Origin: an uncultured Deinococcaceae bacterium
GTDB lineage: Bacteria > Deinococcota > Deinococci > Deinococcales > Deinococcaceae
Assembly (NCBI GenBank): GCA_964252075.1
Contig: CAXULY010000021.1
Span: 56,308-88,307, forward strand
DNA length: 32,000 nt
Reading direction: 5' to 3'
Both the position numbers and the translations under genes were made by a program. Positions 30,475-32,000 of this stretch are shown here, piece after piece. Under the pieces are notes generated by a model. The model saw only the letters and a program-made list of their open reading frames with translations. It was not told where the DNA came from and searched no databases. Within the stretch, counting starts at the first letter, position 1; every line of letters begins with the position of its first letter.

Positions 30475-30892
30475 GGCGAAGTTGAAGGCCCAGCGCGCGA
30501 TGGAGCGGCAGTTGCGCGTGTCCGACGCGTGGCTGTCCGTCACGCCCGCCCTCGCGGCGTCCCGCGCGCGCCACCTGGTGAGCACCGACGGGGGCCGCGA
30601 CGCCTTCACGGGCAAGCAGGTGGTGGGCACGTGCCCGCCCGAGCACGCGCAGCGCTTCATGGACGAGCTGCACGGCCTGTTCCCCGAGCACGCCGTGTCG
30701 TGCATGACGGCGCCCTCGTGGGTGAACGTGCCGGGCGTGGCGGACCACGCGGGCGACGGTGAGCCGTTGTCGCTGCTGATCGCGCCGGACCTCGACGCGG
30801 CGCAGCTGGAGCGCTGGCACACGCACCTGGACACCTTCGCGCCCGGGCTGGGCCTCGGCCACACCGAGCGACTCGTGAAGGATGACGCCTGA
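30464..30892 (+). CDS. Hypothetical protein (142 aa)
   Basis: GAGGAGG at 30451-30457 lies 6 nt upstream of ATG 30464. It is trimmed from tracked ORF 30338-30892. Confidence 0.6.
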   Translation: MGRKAKLKAQRAMERQLRVSDAWLSVTPALAASRARHLVSTDGGRDAFTGKQVVGTCPPEHAQRFMDELHGLFPEHAVSCMTAPSWVNVPGVADHAGDGEPLSLLIAPDLDAAQLERWHTHLDTFAPGLGLGHTERLVKDDA

Positions 30893-31515
30893 TGCGCCTC
30901 GTCCTCATCAGCGACACGCACCGGCGGCACAAGGACCTCGTGCTACCCGAAGGGGACGTGCTGGTGCACGCGGGCGACCTCACGGAGCGCGGCACCCTGC
31001 ACGAGGTGGCGGACGCCCTGGCGTGGTTCAGCCAGCAGCCGCACCCGCACAAGGTGTGCATCGCGGGCAATCACGACTTCTACTTCGAGGAGCAACCGCG
31101 GCTCGCCCGGCGCCTTGTGCCGCGCGGCGTGACGTACCTGCAGGACAGCGGCGTGACCATCGAGGGCGTGCGCTTCTGGGGGAGCCCCGTCACGCCGTGG
31201 TTCATGGACTGGGCGTTCAACCGCCACCCTGCGGGCATCGGGGCGTACTGGTCGCGCATTCCGGGCGGCACGGACGTGCTCATCACGCACGGCCCACCGC
31301 GCGGCGTGCTGGACAAGCTGGACCACGCGGACGGCCACGTGGGCTGCCCGCAGCTGCTGGAGCGCGTGCAGAAGATTCAGCCGAAGGTGCATGTGTTCGG
31401 GCACATCCACGAGGGGTACGGGCAGGTGGAGGTGGGCGGCACGCGGTTCGTGAACGCCAGTACCTGCGACGTGCGTTACCAGCCCAAGAACGCGCCCGTG
31501 GTGGTGGATCTATGA
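30892..31515 (+). CDS. Metallophosphoesterase, MPPED/YfcE-like (207 aa)
   Basis: The ordered motifs are ISDTH, AGDLTERG, AGNHD, ITHGPP and FGHIHEG. Confidence 0.9.
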   Translation: MRLVLISDTHRRHKDLVLPEGDVLVHAGDLTERGTLHEVADALAWFSQQPHPHKVCIAGNHDFYFEEQPRLARRLVPRGVTYLQDSGVTIEGVRFWGSPVTPWFMDWAFNRHPAGIGAYWSRIPGGTDVLITHGPPRGVLDKLDHADGHVGCPQLLERVQKIQPKVHVFGHIHEGYGQVEVGGTRFVNASTCDVRYQPKNAPVVVDL

Positions 31516-32000
31516 CCGTCGGCTCGCATCACGTGTGCGAGGCCTTGCGGCGCCGCTACCCGGCGAACGAGTACGCCGTGGCGTTCGAGGTGAGCAACAG
31601 CACGGGGTACGGCGCGAGTCGACGCGCGGACGCCCTGGCGCTGAGCCTGTGGCCGTCGCGCGGCTTGAAGCTGCTGGGCTTCGAGGTGAAGGTGAGCCGC
31701 AGCGACTGGCAGCGGGAACTGAAGGCACCCGCGAAGGCCGAGGCGTTCTTCGCGCAGTGCGACGAGTGGTGGCTCGTCACCACGCCCGGCATCGTGAAGC
31801 CCGGCGAGCTGCCCGAGCGCTGGGGGCTCATGGAGTTGCAGGAAGACGGCAAGCTGAAGGTCAAGACGTCCGCCGCGCCCCTCGCGCCCGCGCCACTGGA
31901 CCGCGCGTTCATGGCGTCGTTCATGCGCGCCGTGACGGACCAGGCACAGGCGTTCGTGGACCGCCACCTGGATGCCGCGGCGCGCGTGCTGGCGGACGAG
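31512..32000 (+). CDS. MmcB-like PD-(D/E)xK family protein, 5' part (163 codons, continues beyond the window)
   Basis: I translated it by hand from ATG 31512 (ATGA overlap): ..RRADALALSLWPSRGLKLLGFEVKVSRSDWQRE.. gives a D...E-x-K nuclease-type core. The frame is open to the window end with high GC3. It is not in the ORF track because no stop codon falls inside the window. Confidence 0.65.
   Translation, partial: MTVGSHHVCEALRRRYPANEYAVAFEVSNSTGYGASRRADALALSLWPSRGLKLLGFEVKVSRSDWQRELKAPAKAEAFFAQCDEWWLVTTPGIVKPGELPERWGLMELQEDGKLKVKTSAAPLAPAPLDRAFMASFMRAVTDQAQAFVDRHLDAAARVLADE

Noticed and set aside
1-32000. tRNA, tmRNA or rRNA genes, CRISPR arrays, integrase/att sites, IS elements and a lysis cassette.
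   Set aside because: I found no T-loop-like GTTCRANYC contexts with cloverleaf potential, no regularly spaced direct repeats, and no recombinase, transposase, holin or endolysin-like ORFs. The element borders therefore cannot be defined from this window.

Overview
High-GC window, well above 65% in most 60-nt lines I counted. It is almost entirely the late (tail, baseplate, fibre) half of a contractile-tailed, PBSX/Mu/P2-style prophage or tailocin, followed by a phage accessory operon. About 34 of 37 genes are on the + strand, many translationally coupled by ATGA/GTGA overlaps. Gene order: partial CDS, small CDS, secreted protein on the minus strand, two hypothetical CDS, tail sheath (2586-4334), tail tube (4346-4882), tail assembly chaperone with a putative +1 frameshift extension (4971-5709), a low-GC insert (about 5645-6300), a 1112-aa tape measure protein with lytic transglycosylase-like and CHAP/NlpC-like motifs (6308-9646), hub-like protein, a metallophosphoesterase embedded in the baseplate block (11118-12509), gpV/VgrG-like spike, two unknowns, a LysM+gp25/W-like fusion, two tiny minus-strand CxxC membrane peptides (15647-15986), baseplate J, gpI-like protein, then six or seven fibre or receptor-binding genes (tail-collar domain, PKD domain, 3x84-nt repeat fibre, beta-helix depolymerase-like protein). 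A strong terminator sits at 25967-25994. A TATAAT-N6-ATG (leaderless-type) start then opens an accessory operon: RyR-domain protein, PP-loop PAPS-reductase/DndC-like protein, small unknowns, Zn-ribbon proteins, a second metallophosphoesterase and an MmcB-like PD-(D/E)xK protein that runs off the window. No rRNA, tRNA, CRISPR array, integrase, att site or reverse transcriptase was seen. The host is not determinable; the GC level and leaderless layout are reminiscent of Deinococcus-Thermus, which is inference only. The most unusual items are the low-GC promoter-hairpin-miniORF-terminator cassette between the chaperone and tape measure genes, the antisense pair of CxxC peptides inside the baseplate operon, the baseplate-embedded phosphoesterase, a recurring 32-nt C6-containing intercistronic spacer, and the RyR/PAPS-reductase accessory operon. 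All domain calls come from motif recognition by eye; no database search was run.
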